Assembly (NCBI RefSeq): GCF_964355755.1
Contig: NC_092678.1
Location: 1,442,422-1,506,421 of the forward strand
From: Antedon mediterranea
Lineage: Eukaryota > Animalia > Echinodermata
Direction of reading: 5' to 3'
DNA: 64,000 nucleotides
Shown here: positions 39,601 through 52,038 of the stretch, piece after piece
How positions within the stretch are numbered: position 1 is the first letter of the stretch
Layout of the letters: every line of letters starts with the position of its first letter
Program-made: the position numbers and the translations under genes
The notes under the pieces: model-generated
Told to the model about the DNA's origin: nothing
What the model saw: only the letters and a program-made list of their open reading frames with translations
Databases searched by the model: none

Positions 39601-42600
39601 AGAGTTCTTGTACATTTTACTTTGATATGATGCTGCTATGTTTTTCTTAATAATACATGTTTCTTTTAGTGCTTTTATCAAAGCGTTTTGTAGATATTTG
39701 TATTCATAATGATCTTGAACATATATATATAACATAGTGGAGTAATATCATATATATAAAACAATTTTTTACTTTATGTTGTTACCAATTGGCGACTGGG
39801 GCTGTGGTGAACCAGTACACCATTGATTGGTTCTAGAAAAATATTAAACATAAATATTTGACATTTTTTGACAGATCCAGTAACTGCCTCTCCAAGAGTA
39901 GGTGGTAGCCATGGACCTGTACGACGAACACCGCCCCCAGCAGCAGTTGCAATAGAGGATACAGCGTCTGAAGCAACAGATGTCAAACATTCAAATGTCA
40001 ATGAGCAAGGCGTCCAAACAGGTACTGTATACTTTTGTACAATGTAAAGCTCTATCTACAGTAAAATGTGATGTTCCATACTGAAAATGGACATGATGAT
40101 GTCATATTTAGGCATATCACTACCATATTTGTGCACATCACACTTTTATTGTCAAACTAGTGTGATAGTGTAGACAGAGCTTAAGCGATACTACTTTGTG
40201 TAGTAAAGGATACCGGACTAACATGCAAGAGGCTTGTGTTAAAAACCGACCTGTGCCATATAGATTGTACCATTGGACAAGATATTCTACTCTTATTTCC
40301 TCATCTTTTGAATGGGACATAAAGCTGTTGGTGTTGATGTATATACTTTGCACATATCCAATATTTGAAAATCAGGATCATCTATCTGATTCTCTGGGAG
40401 AACAGTTTTGACTGAACAAATAACTTTCTAACTATCCTTATATAAATGCTGTAATCTCATTCTTCTCATATCTTATTATTGAGGAGAAGTTTCTGTTACT
40501 AGAGTTACTCAACTTGTTATTATACTTTTCAAATGTCTAAAAAAGTCTCACAGATTGTGGGCACATACTGTACTATGATGTGAATGTGTTCTCTTATATA
40601 TTTACTTATTGCTTTATTAATTGTTTGATTTTTGCTTTTTTTCTGTAGAGTTTTCATCCGTTCCCGAAGACAGTGTGCCAAGGTTGAATGAAAGAGATAA
40701 GAGTGCTGGAATTGAGTACAAGGAACTCAGAAAAGAAAGACCCAAACATCATGTTAGAGTTGAAACCAAAGTTAACAAAACGGAAGAGAATAACACACAC
40801 AGTACAGATAACAAAGAAGTAGAAATTAAGATTAAAAAGAGAAAAAACAAGATATCAGAGAGGCCAAAATGGGGTGTCAAATCGGAACCGAAAAAGAAAG
40901 TTAAAGCCTCTGACAAGGACTTAACTGTAAGTAAGAAACAGAGGGAAGAACGGCGGAAAAAGAGAATGCAGGAGTTGCTGGCAGATCAGGAAAGACACAT
41001 GCCACGTCCAAGAACGAAGACAGAGGTTGTAAGGTCAAGAAGTCAAAGAGAATCTCCAGCATTTACGGTTTTAGAATGTCCAGATGAAGAAATTGATAAG
41101 GTTTTTAAGTACAGTCGACAGGGTCAGAAAAGTCAGCGTGATCATACAAGACAAAATGATCAGAATGATCACAGAGAAACTGAAAGAGTGATACCTGAGC
41201 GACAGAATGAACCTCCTCCAGAACACCTTGATGATTACTCTGTTACACCGCCATTACAAACTGGAGATTTTGTGCCATTCTTAAGGACTGATGAAAGACT
41301 TGATTATGACAGTATTCCAGTAACTCCTGCAGAGTATTTAGCTAGGCGTCACCGGGACGCTGATCTTGAGGAAGAGTCTGCACAGAAACAAACTCAGTAT
41401 CATCATAAGGTGAACTTTGAACTTTCAAATTATCAAATTCATTGTGCTCAGTTGAAGCAAACTGTTTTCACGCAAAGGTTGCCTCATCTGTGTTGTACAG
41501 TAAAACACTACCTTTGTGAAAACCCTATTCAAGGGACACCACTATTTAGAGTACACCACTATTGAGGAGACAACCCTATTAAGGGAACACCACTATTAAA
41601 GGGACACCTCTTTCGGGGAACACCTCTATTCAGGGGACACCACTATTAAAGGGACACCTTTCGGGGAACACCTCTATTCAGGGGACACCACTATTAAAGG
41701 GACACCTCTTTCGGGGAACACCTCTATTCAGGGGACACCACTATTAAAGGGACACCTCTTTCGGGGAGCACCTCTATTCAGGGGACACCACTAAACAAAC
41801 AATTTATGTAGTGTTAAACATTATATTGCACCTTTTTTTTTTCATAGGAACATGTCCCCTCAATATGGTGTCCCCTGAATAGGGATGTTCCAATAAGAGC
41901 GATTCTACTATACTTTTTATTTTGTGCATTTCAAGAGAATTAATTTCTAGTATTCAAGTATATATTTCTGGTATTGAATATTCTTAATCTGATTTTTATA
42001 GGATCCTTTGTTTAGTCCTGACATTCGCAAAGAAGGCGAAAATCGACAGAAACTGATTCTCAAACAGTTATCAAACCTTCGGCAGGTACGTACTTCTCAA
42101 AATATCCATTTCCATCCACCCCCCTTTTGATCCTTTGGGGTTCAGTTGGTGATTTTTAAGTTCACTTTTTCATTTATCAAACTTTTCTTTCAAAAAATCA
42201 TCTTAACTTAGATTTAAGTTTGTTTTCAAAATAAAGTAAGGAAATTATTTACAAATTGTTTCAAAATCCATTCCATCAGATAAAGAGAACTGGTAATAAT
42301 AAAGTTTCAGTTTTCTTCACTTAAGCACTATACTCCACAACTATTTTAACTTAGGCAAAAATATTCACAAATTCTAGCCCAGTTATACTTGGAGATAAAC
42401 CTCAAGCAAACTAAAAGTTTTTTACGTTAATCATCAAAACACACCCCAAATGGTCAACAATTTTTACTGCTACTAATAAATAGGAAATATGTATTATTTA
42501 ACCTTTGTTTAAATTTAATTGCGGATTAATTTATTTTAAACCCAAGGCCTTGGAACAGGATCTTACTGCTTCTCCTTTCCACTTCAATTAATTCTGTATG

Positions 42601-43033
42601 GCCACACCTTTTAATCCTACCAACCACAGTTCATTGTCTGGTAGTTAATTTTGTCTAATATTTTGGTTTTTTTTGCCCCATAATCAATTTTGTAGGAAAA
42701 AAATTGAAAACAAATAATGTTTATACTATATAAAAAGACAAAATAAACTGTTAGATTCAACCAAAACCAATTGGCTGCAAGCCAATTTGACTATTTTTTG
42801 CTTTAAATTAAAGATTTCTAAGGTAAATATTTTTTTTCTGCTCCAATTTTAGATAAAAGTGAATAACTATTATGTAAAATTTGAAATTGCATATTCGACA
42901 AAAAAGTTTAAAATTATTATTTTTCAGGGGACAGTATATCTTTAATTTAATGTTTTTTATTATTTTATAGGGTTTAATAATGAAGCAACGTGAAATGGAA
43001 CTTGGCTTATCAACGACACCTTTATCAACATAG
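33624..43033 (+). CDS. CCDC66: Coiled-coil domain-containing protein 66-like (centriolar satellite/ciliary); ~16 exons
   Basis: Exons 33624-33634, 34098-34159, 34325-34347, 34700-35039, 35389-35745, 36112-36266 (alternative donor 36260), 36591-36719, 37083-37146, 37486-37762, 38343-38427, 38715-38876, 39407-39548, 39875-40021, 40649-41409, 42002-42085, 42971-43033. Motifs LTQDQL..IL, WKEELDKQ, PAAMRSSF..G, DPAE.ER, AQVEEK, RQ..IL.QLS.LRQGL..KQ.E.E match recalled CCDC66 blocks. The 5' micro-exons are less certain. Confidence 0.8.
37870..38313. repeat. ~110-bp tandem repeat x4 derived from the right arm of MITE family A
   Basis: GTAGTGATATGCTTAAATACGG...TTTGATAGTGTAGACAGAGAATAAGGTT repeated. 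Confidence 0.9.
39100..39375 (-). mobile_element. tRNA-derived SINE family with conserved GGATGGGAC..AAAGCTGTTGG block
   Basis: Reverse B-box (CTCGAACCC) and shared central block. Related copies at ~8760-9000 (+), ~40190-40410 (+), ~18620-18790 (-). Confidence 0.5.
41498..41909. mobile_element. Tc1/mariner-like MITE family C with internally amplified GGGACACC(T/A)CTATT repeats
   Basis: Starts TACAGTAAAAC, ends ATTCTACTATA, internal tandem GGGACACC units. Related pieces at ~7105-7272, 23400-23532, 27540-27810, 28782, 30148-30435, 31582-32185, 43498-43975. Confidence 0.55.
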
Positions 43034-43497
43034 TATTATTCTTGCAGAAAATTTTAATTTATAAAAATTATTTTAATCCGTAATAATTTTTTTTATTCAT
43101 ATTTGATTATTATAAATTATAAACATGGTTTTTGTTAATTCAAATTAAAATTTAGTTGAGCTAAAAAATATTTGAAAATTTCTGTGGATAGAATTAACCA
43201 ACTATAAACTGCAGATGATGTTGATGATGCTTATAAATAGCTTGAGTTATAGACTCAATAGCTCAGTGTGTATGATGTGTCTGATTATTTGTAAGTTCAG
43301 TAAGGTTGTAATATTTATTTTGCGCCAGTATGCATCGATTAGTTCATTGTGCAGAGTGTAGAGCATTTTTACCACGATAATCACGTATACAGTTAAGGTG
43401 GACAATTGGGGTGGGGGAGGCTGCCACTTAATTGTGGTTGGCCGTACAATTTCCGGTAATTCGTTTTATGAGAAAGTGTTCTTTTATTAGATTTTGG

Positions 43498-43975
43498 CCC
43501 TGAATAGGAGTGTCACCTGGGGTGTCACCTGAATAGGTGAGTCCCGCGAATAGGAGTGTCCTCTGGGGTGTTCCCTGTATAGGTGTGTCCCGCGAATAGG
43601 AGTGTCCTCTGGGGTGTTCCCTGTATAAGTGTGTCCTCTGGGGTGCTCCCTGTATAGATGAGTCCCGCGAATAGGAGTGTCCTCTGGGGTGTTCCCTGTA
43701 TAGGTGTGTCCCGCGAATAGGAGTGTCCTCTGGGGTGTTCCCTGTATAAGTGTGTCCTCTGGGGTGCTCCCTGTATAGATGAGTCCCGCGAATAGGAGTG
43801 TCCTCTGGGGTGTTCCCTGTATAGGTGTGTCCCGCGAATAGGAGTGTCCTCTGGGGTGTTCCCTGTATAGGTGAGTCCCGCGAATAGGAGTGTCACCTGA
43901 GGTGTCACATGAATAGGTGAGTCCCGCGAATAGGAGTGTCCTCTGGGGTGTTCCCTGTGTAGGTGCGTCCTCTGA
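43498..43975. repeat. GC-rich ~46-bp minisatellite related to MITE family C
   Basis: ATAGGTG(T/A)GTCCCGCGAATAGGAGTGTCCTCTGGGGTGTTCCCTGT repeated. Explains the repetitive ORF 43525-43989. Confidence 0.9.
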
Positions 43976-44991
43976 GTTGGGGTGGCCATAGTGTTAAAAC
44001 ATATATTATTATCTTTGTAATCTCCTTCCTTGTTTATGTTTTACCGAAATTAATAAAGTATGACATATTATTAGCGATCAAGCCCCGAATGTTTCGAGGA
44101 AGGATGTCTACTTTCCGTTTCTCATTTAAACCGTTTTAAAAATTTCTCATACAAGCGTTTGTTCTTAAAGGGATGTAGTTAACATAGATATTTCCTTAGC
44201 TTCCATGTGCCTATTATTTATACCTAGCTAACAAACCGCCGGTCGGTGCCATATGGCCTAAGGGTCGTCTGAAAACGGGTTTTTACATGTTTCTTATTCT
44301 CTACCTTAGCTTGGTTCCCAGAGACGCCGCGGAATGACGTAGATGCAACGCAAGCGAGTTGATAAATAATAAGCGACGGTTTGAATAATGTATCATTTCT
44401 GAATCACTTGCGCTTGGTTTCCACTAACAACGCAACGTAAAAAAATGCCCTTCCAATCATTTGTTTGCAGCACTATTGCGTTGTCGGTTCCCACTTTGGA
44501 TTACGCGGCAATACTAACAGCACTGTGCGTCGATACGTCACTGAGTTGCGTTCTAGTGGGAACCACGCTTACGTCTTTGTGTTGCGTCTCCCTAACCAAG
44601 CATTACAAATCTCCTTATTTTCGGATAATGAGATGATGTTGGAAACACAAATGTAAATCTGAACTCGTCACCTCGTCGAATTAGATGACCCTTAAAATAT
44701 GCAACCTAGCTCCATGTAGGTTGTTTTATGTGGAAAATAAATGTAATTGAAATTAAATCATTGACCACAAATGTATAACATTGAGGGAAGTCATGTATTA
44801 TTATTTACCTTGTGCAGTGCTTAATTTCTGATATTAAAACAGAGAGAGAGTAATTCTATCTTTCCGGTTCCGACAATCCCTTTCCTAATCCGTTCCGCAC
44901 TTTGTTATGAAGTTTCCTTAAGCACTTGTAGTATCGAATCTTAACTTGGGAAGAACACTGGAACTTACGTTCCAACAACCAACGAAAAAGA

Positions 44992-47900
44992 ATGGTGGTC
45001 GGAAGGAATAGGATTGCCTTTATATTTATGATTACTTTGAGTTTACTACTTCCAACAGGTAAGACCATTTTCTGTTTTCTTATAATATATTAACTTTAAA
45101 CTGAAACATGGACTAGTCAAGAACAATCATAACAATGTGCGCTGACTTTTAGACGTATCGGTTTAAACAGTTTCCGTTTCTTTAACCGTAAGAAGTAGGC
45201 TATAGATATGTATGAAGTTATGACCGAAAAGAAATGATATTAAATGCGTTTTCTTATTCAATTAAAGTTCAACTGTATTTAGTAATTGCATGAATCTTGA
45301 CAAGAACATTGTTGGTTGTTTTACTGTAGTTAGGACTCTTTACAAAACAACCCCGTCAACATTGCATGTTGTACGCAAAAATGAACATCATGTGGATTCG
45401 GAGTTTGCTTGTGATTAGTCAAATTACTTTGCGTTGCGCTTGCATCTTTGCGTGCGTCGTAGTGACGTTTGGGAACCAAGCTTAACGCAATGACGTAAGG
45501 CAAAACTGAAGTTGATCAATCGGAAGCGACAGTTCTGATAATCCATTGTTTGTGATTAGCCAAAATAACTTGCATTAAATGCGCTTACGCCCTTGCGTTG
45601 TTTCATATGAGAACCAAGCTTAACAGATCCAGAATAATAGTGTAGGCCTAAAAACATAATTTCCAATGAATTTTTCTGTAATATCTCAGTTTCTAGCTAC
45701 TGTTTTAAAACTTATAAGAAAAAGACGACAGGAGATTACGATTTCAGATGTAGAACCAGATTAAACGACCTTCCTGGCGGGAGTCTTGAAGACTGCTGTA
45801 GCAACGTGCAAGATTCCGTCGGGTTTAGCACAAACGTCAAAGGCAAATATTGTGAAATTTGTGAAAGTGCACTTTCAGAAGAAGACATAACACCAGGTAC
45901 ACAAATATCATAGCTTCTTCAAATTGGGTCATCTCAGGGGTCATTCCAACATTCAGTACCAATGTCTAATTTGTTATATTTTGCGTTGCGCGTATTACCA
46001 ACTCGTGCTAGTGTCGAGTTAAAGTTATTTGGGCCTTAAATTGGGTCATCTTAGCCTAGGGGTCATTATCCCAACATTCATTACCAATGTCTAAATTCGC
46101 TATATTTTGAGTATTACCAACTCATGCTAGTGTCGAGTTAAAGTCTAATTATTTGGGCATGTGTTTATTTAACTATACTCTAATAATGTTTTTCATACAT
46201 TTTGTCAATCGTTTTGCAGTCTGGTCTCAGTGGGGCGCTTGGTCCGGTTGCAGTCGCACGTGCGATGTCGGAATAGAGACACGCACGCGACAATGTGAAC
46301 AAGGTATTTGCGATGGATCAACAACGGAGCAGAGGGAGTGTGTCGAACATCAACACTGCCCGAGTAAGATTCATTAGCGTTTATTTTTATTTAAAACATA
46401 TTTATACTCGATAAAAACATTAGGTATAGGTGTAACACCTGTTTTACATGTTCCTGTTTATAGGACGGTTAAGTTCAGGAAATTTTTCATTTTTTAGGTT
46501 AGCTCCTATTACTGACGATCCATGAATATGTGACTTTTATAAAAGAATAATGGAAACAGATCTGACAGTATAGAAGGTCCATAGCCCTGTCTACACTATC
46601 AAACTTTATCTGACAACAAAATGTGATCTGCCCTATGGACATGATGATATTTGACTATATCACTATAATATGTGATCTGCCCTATGGACATGATGATATT
46701 TGACCATATCACTATAATATTTGAGCATATTATCTCTACCATATTCGAGCACATCAAACAGTTTGATAGTGTTGACAGAGCTTAATTGAATTGGCATTTT
46801 TTAACTGCAACTTTGTTTTCTTTCATTTTTTAAGTTGATGGAGAATGGGGTAATTGGGTTGAATGGTCGACATGTTCTACAACATGTAGCGTCGGTATTC
46901 GTTCACGGTCCAGAATTTGTGATTCTCCGGCACCACAATACAACGGAAGGACGTGTTTGCAAATTGGGGGCGACTCCGTTGAACAAGAAGACTGCGTAGA
47001 AACTGAAAACTGCCCAAGTATGTACTTAACATAATATAAAACCCCTATTAAAGCTTGGTTCCCACTAGGACACAACGCAAGGGCGTAAACGCAACGCAAG
47101 CGAGTTGACCAATGACAAGCGACAGTTAGAATAATCCATCGCTTGTGATTGGTCAAATCCCTTACATTGCCGCGCGTTACGTCATTGTGTTGCGTCCTAG
47201 TGGGAATCAAGCTTTGTGAACACCTTCTCAAGTTCGTCGTAGTGTTAAAACATCTCAATGTGTGTTTCCAAGGATGTCTCTTGAATAGAGATTTCCAAAA
47301 GTAAGAGTTCTACTGTAGTTTCAAATAAACCATATTTTCACATGTCGTTCTTCGGACATGAGACTAACATTACTAACCAATATATTTATCTTCAGACAAA
47401 AACAAAATTCTTGTTTAGACCTACCAGTTCCAGTGTATATTTTCGTTTATTATCCACAGCCCAGTGATAGTTTTCCCCGACTCGGGGCGACCTCAAATGA
47501 CATTTTTCTTAAACTAAACGTGTCTTTTGTCTTCTTTCAAGTTAATGGTATTTGGGGGAATTGGCAACCGTATTCCGCCTGCTCAGCAACCTGTGGATCC
47601 GACGCTTTTCGAACCCGAGATAGAGCTTGTGATAATCCACCACCACAATACGGTGGTAATCCTTGTCCAGGTGAATCCAGATCAACGCATAACTGTGGCT
47701 TTGGACTGTGTCCGAGTAAGTGTTTAGCTATCAATATACAGCAAACAATAAAATAAACACGTAGGTTGATAGTCGTTGTAGGCCTAGTTGGAAGGTTTGA
47801 AGTGGTGATAACTAAAGGCGGACCCATGCAAGGATATCGCTTGGCTCCTTTAAAAAAAATCTATGTTTTACTATTAAATTAGATGTTAGCGCTCCCCGTT

Positions 47901-50598
47901 CAAAATCCTGATAGTACGACCCTGCAATTTGTATCTGCTTCGGGTCAGTAACATCCTTCATTATTCTGTAACGCCTAGTAAATAATGGTCTTTATCAATA
48001 TTGTCCTTTGACACAGTTGATGGTGGTTGGTCGTCGTGGTCACCATGGACAGGCTGCAGTAAGACTTGTGGAGATGGTAGAAGTGTTCGTAAGCGAAGCT
48101 GCAACAACCCAAGACCACAGCACAACGGTAAACCATGCAACGGAGAAGATACGGGCAGAGAGACTTGTAACCTTCGTGAATGTATCAGTGAGTAATCATC
48201 ATGGAATTATTGGTTGAATCCATACATCTCTTAAGACATACTTTATTATCTCCAAAACTGAAGAAATTACAGGAGCTTACAAACAAGCTCCATCAACCCC
48301 TGCGCTCTCTTTAAGCATGACTGTCATTCCTTTCTGTGCTGTCCTAGCCCAAGTTGTTCCTGTATAAGATGTTGTCCCTCCATCTGCGTTTTTGTGTTTC
48401 CCTTCTTTTGCCGATTCTCGCCTGCCATTCGGTTCACCTGTTGTCACCTTTTTTTTTTATGACCACCCCATATTCTTAAAGTTCGGTTAAAGTAGTGTGT
48501 TCATGATAGTTTGCTACATCTCATTCCAAGTTTCCCTCAAGCTTGGTTCCCACAGTCACTAGCAACGCAACGCAAGGACGTACGCGCAACGCAAGTGAAT
48601 TGACCAATGACAAGCCACTGTTTGAAAAATCCATCGCTTGTGATTGGTCAAATCACTTACGTTGCGTTACATCCTTGCGTTGCGTCGCTAGTGGGAACCA
48701 AGCTTTATATGATGATGATCTCTATTGCGTCAACCACACCATATTGTACACAAACAAGTATCTTTATTCTCTATTTAGAACCCGTTGATTGGACAGAATG
48801 GTCAGACTGGTCAGATTGCTTGGACTGTGAAACGTATGGTCAACAGAGACGCACGCGTATCTGCCCTGTCACAGCTGATAGTAAAATTATCAAATGCGAC
48901 GGTTCATCATTGGATATTTATAGGTGCACGTCTGTAGATAACTGCAAAAAAAGTAAATTTGTTTATGCAATTTCTGGAAAATTATTTTACAGAGATAGGC
49001 TACTTAAAGATGTATTGTCACCCAAACACATGAAAAAATGATTATTAATTAAATCAGACTTTGAATATGTTATTTTTTGGTTTTAATAAAGTTATGCACT
49101 TCCGTGGAAACTAAAACGAAAAAAGTAATGTTTTCACTTATAAAATAAACAGTTAAATTGGCAGCCAATTTTTTTGATTTAAAGTTCAAATTTTTCAGGT
49201 AGGCCTAAATACATTTTTTTCGATCCAATTTTTGGTCAAAGTGAATAACTATTAGGTAACTTTGAAATAACATATTCAATAAAATTTAAAAAAAATAAAC
49301 ATTATTTTTCAGGGGACAATGCATTTTTAAGATCTGTACTTAAGATACTTTTTAATTAAATTTGTTTTAAATCGAATGACTGATTTAGACAACTCTATAT
49401 GTAATTCTAAATCAACTGAAGATAGTAGGCCTAGGCATTTCCTTTTCTCATATCCTGCTATCCAGAATATTAGATTCGAGAAATTGGCAATAAAAAAAAA
49501 CTCTTGGTTTACTGTACTTGGTCTTCCAGAAATATTGAATTGCATTTTATCGATTTTGTAAATGCTTCACCAAACGGGCTTAAAAAGAAAAACAACAATG
49601 GCATTATAGTAGGCCTAGTTTTCTGCTATAACATCCTGTATTACTTCTTATATTTTGTACACTTCAGTTGAAGTTTTCTTCTAAATAGGCCTGGTTAAAA
49701 AAGTTAAACTTTTCTTTTACTTGTTGTAATACTCTGAATGTCGCACCTTTGCTCAAGAATTGTGCCACTATTTCGAAAGTGCGATAGCTTCTAAATAAAT
49801 AATTATTATTATTGTTTATTTTATGCCATTATTAAAATGTACATTATTATATATATTTATTTTTATATTAGGCGTATCAGATGCAGAAGGAAGTGGAAGC
49901 GGCGATGGCTGTGTTGGGGTTAGTATCTTATACATTCCAGGATATTTTTTCAAATGCGTAATGTTGTTGATTGTTTATGTAATGTTTTTTTTATTGTTTA
50001 CGCAATGTTTATTTTTTGATACGTAATATTGTTTTTGTAGGACGATTGTTGTGACGACCCAGATGGTTGCTCTGATGGGTCTTCGTCTAATTCGTTTTCA
50101 TCCAGTAATGACGAATCATCGTCAGAACCGCCACCACCCGATAAATGTAAACGATTTTTCACACCGGCGCCAGACAACAGTATTAGCGATTCTCTTGGTG
50201 ACAGCATAAGTGTGAGTGTTAGCCAAGGCAGTGATAGCAATGCCGCATCATTCGAATGGGTTGATTGTCCGGAAGATGTTACACCAACCCCCGCAGATGA
50301 TTGCAGAGATAGTAACAGTAATAATTGCGCCTTCAGTGATTATTACGATTATAGTGATGATGAATCAGATAAGAAACCAACTCCAGCAGGGGGAGGGAGT
50401 AGCAGTATAAGTGATTATGACGCGAGTTCCAGTGATTCTAACGCAAGCCCCGGTGCTACTGACGCTCCCGATAATGGAGGTGGGGATGAGAACAGCTTGT
50501 CGTCTTCATATGTGTCCTCTGGAAAAGACACTGGCGGTAATGGAGGCGGTGGCAATGCAGGTGGTGGCGGACAAGGATCCTTTAGCAGCAGTTCATAG
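44992..50598 (+). CDS. Secreted properdin-like protein A: signal peptide, TB-like domain, 5 TSR repeats, acidic Ser/Gly-rich tail
   Basis: Exons 44992-45058 (signal peptide), 45690-45896 (6-Cys TB-like domain, CF..Y...C...SLEDCC...CEIC), 46220-46363, 46835-47017, 47542-47715, 48017-48187, 48779-48952 (TSR, WxxWxxW..CSxTC..RxR), 49872-49918 (EGSGSGDG), 50041-50598 (TAG). Symmetric phase-1 domain exons. Confidence 0.8.
47052..47213. mobile_element. Harbinger-like foldback MITE family B (representative copy)
   Basis: AGCTTGGTTCCCACTAG..ACGCAAG..TTGACCAATGACAAGCGA, mirrored as TCGCTTGTGATTGGTCAA..CTAGTGGGAA(T/C)CAAGCT. Other copies at ~11509-11660, 21237-21378, 22248-22575, 44308-44590, 45400-45621, 48540-48704, 53802-53998. 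Confidence 0.8.
48540..48704. mobile_element. MITE family B copy
   Basis: AGCTTGGTTCCCAC...GTGGGAACCAAGCT inverted termini. Confidence 0.8.
49008..49326. mobile_element. Kolobok-like non-autonomous element (TTAA flanks)
   Basis: TTAA|AGATGTATTGTC ... GACAATGCATTT|TTAA. A second partial copy at ~42700-42945 shares AAAAGTGAATAACTATT...TTTTCAGGGGACA. Superfamily assignment is inference. Confidence 0.55.
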
Positions 50599-51021
50599 TC
50601 TTAAACAGAATCAACTACGATGGCCTTTAGTCTGTCATAGTACTGTAGTATGTCTTATATCATTTCAAACTCCAGAGTTATACACACAGCATAATACGAT
50701 GTGTATTAAAACTCATGAGATTTGCAGGCGATGTGAAAGAGGTGTTATTGATATTATATAAAAGTATTATTATATTCACAACCACAACGAATTACAATAT
50801 TTATGACTTATCGAGTTATTGATAGGCCTACTGCTATATTATGATGCTTTTGGACAACTTATGTCCTAAAGCGTTTCATTGAAATAATTATACTTTACTC
50901 ATGTATGATACTATATTGATTCACATACGCAATAACAACGAATAAATAATTAATTAATTATCACCTCCTTCATAATTTTTTGTTATTCGAACAATGATTA
51001 GTTTTGAGAACTTTGTTTGTA

Positions 51022-51134
51022 TTGATGCCAAAGCTGGTGACCTTTAGTGTTGATGCCAAAGCTGGTGACCTTTAGTGTTGATGCCAAAGCTGGTGACCTT
51101 TAGCGTTGATGCCAAAGCTGGTGACCTTTAGTGT
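51022..51134. repeat. 28-bp tandem repeat x4
   Basis: TTGATGCCAAAGCTGGTGACCTTTAG(T/C)G. Confidence 0.9.
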
Positions 51135-52038
51135 TTTAAAAAAAAAACAATCACGGATTTCAGTATTCTTCTTTTTATTGATAGGCCTACTGTTAATACA
51201 TTATAATGCTCAGTCTTTATAAACCCTATGTCCTAAAGCATCACACTCAAAGCATTCAAGTGTTCTCAATTACTTAGTATAAAGTACAAAATTACGTCAG
51301 AGTACGGCAAACATCAGACCAATTACTCAACTCCATGACGCAAAGCTACTTCACAATATGTAGTTAAATACAATTTCCATATATTCATTCAGTTCATATT
51401 TGTATTTTTTTTTATACATATAGTACTTTGGTAAAAGGATCGATATGTGTTATAAGCCTTCCGTACTGTATTAAACATGATTTGCTGTGATATTTGTATT
51501 CTTTCTACTCTCTAAAAGTTTCTGATTGATTACTTTTACTATTGTGATTTAGGTAATCATACTTTCATTTTCTCCTTTCCGATATGCCGATCCTTTTCCT
51601 TATTTGCAAACATTTACTTACAGTAAAGTATAATAACAGTTGGCCTGATGTTTATGAACATTAATGTTATGTTCTGCAAGACTTTTCAGTTTTATTAATT
51701 ACATTATCATATCCTTATAAACATTGTAGAATTTCCATTCCACTTTGAGATAATTGAAAGTATGCTGTAACAACGCCTTGCGTTTGCCTAGAAATTGTAG
51801 TGCTAGTATGTTAAAGTTAGTATAAGGATGTAACAAAAGTATGTAGGCCTAATAACGGATGTATTTTATATTTATATGACAAAGGGAATGCTATTTGCCT
51901 TTACCGTTGTGATATAGGTAATCATACTTTCATTTTCCCCTTTCCGATATGGCGATCCTTTTCCTTATTGGCAAAAGTGTATAAATAGTATAACAGTTGG
52001 CCTGACGTTTATGAACATTATTAAGTATGTTCTGCAAG

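Noticed and set aside
43525-43989. 154-aa ORF
   Set aside because: Translation of a minisatellite, with no splice context or domain.
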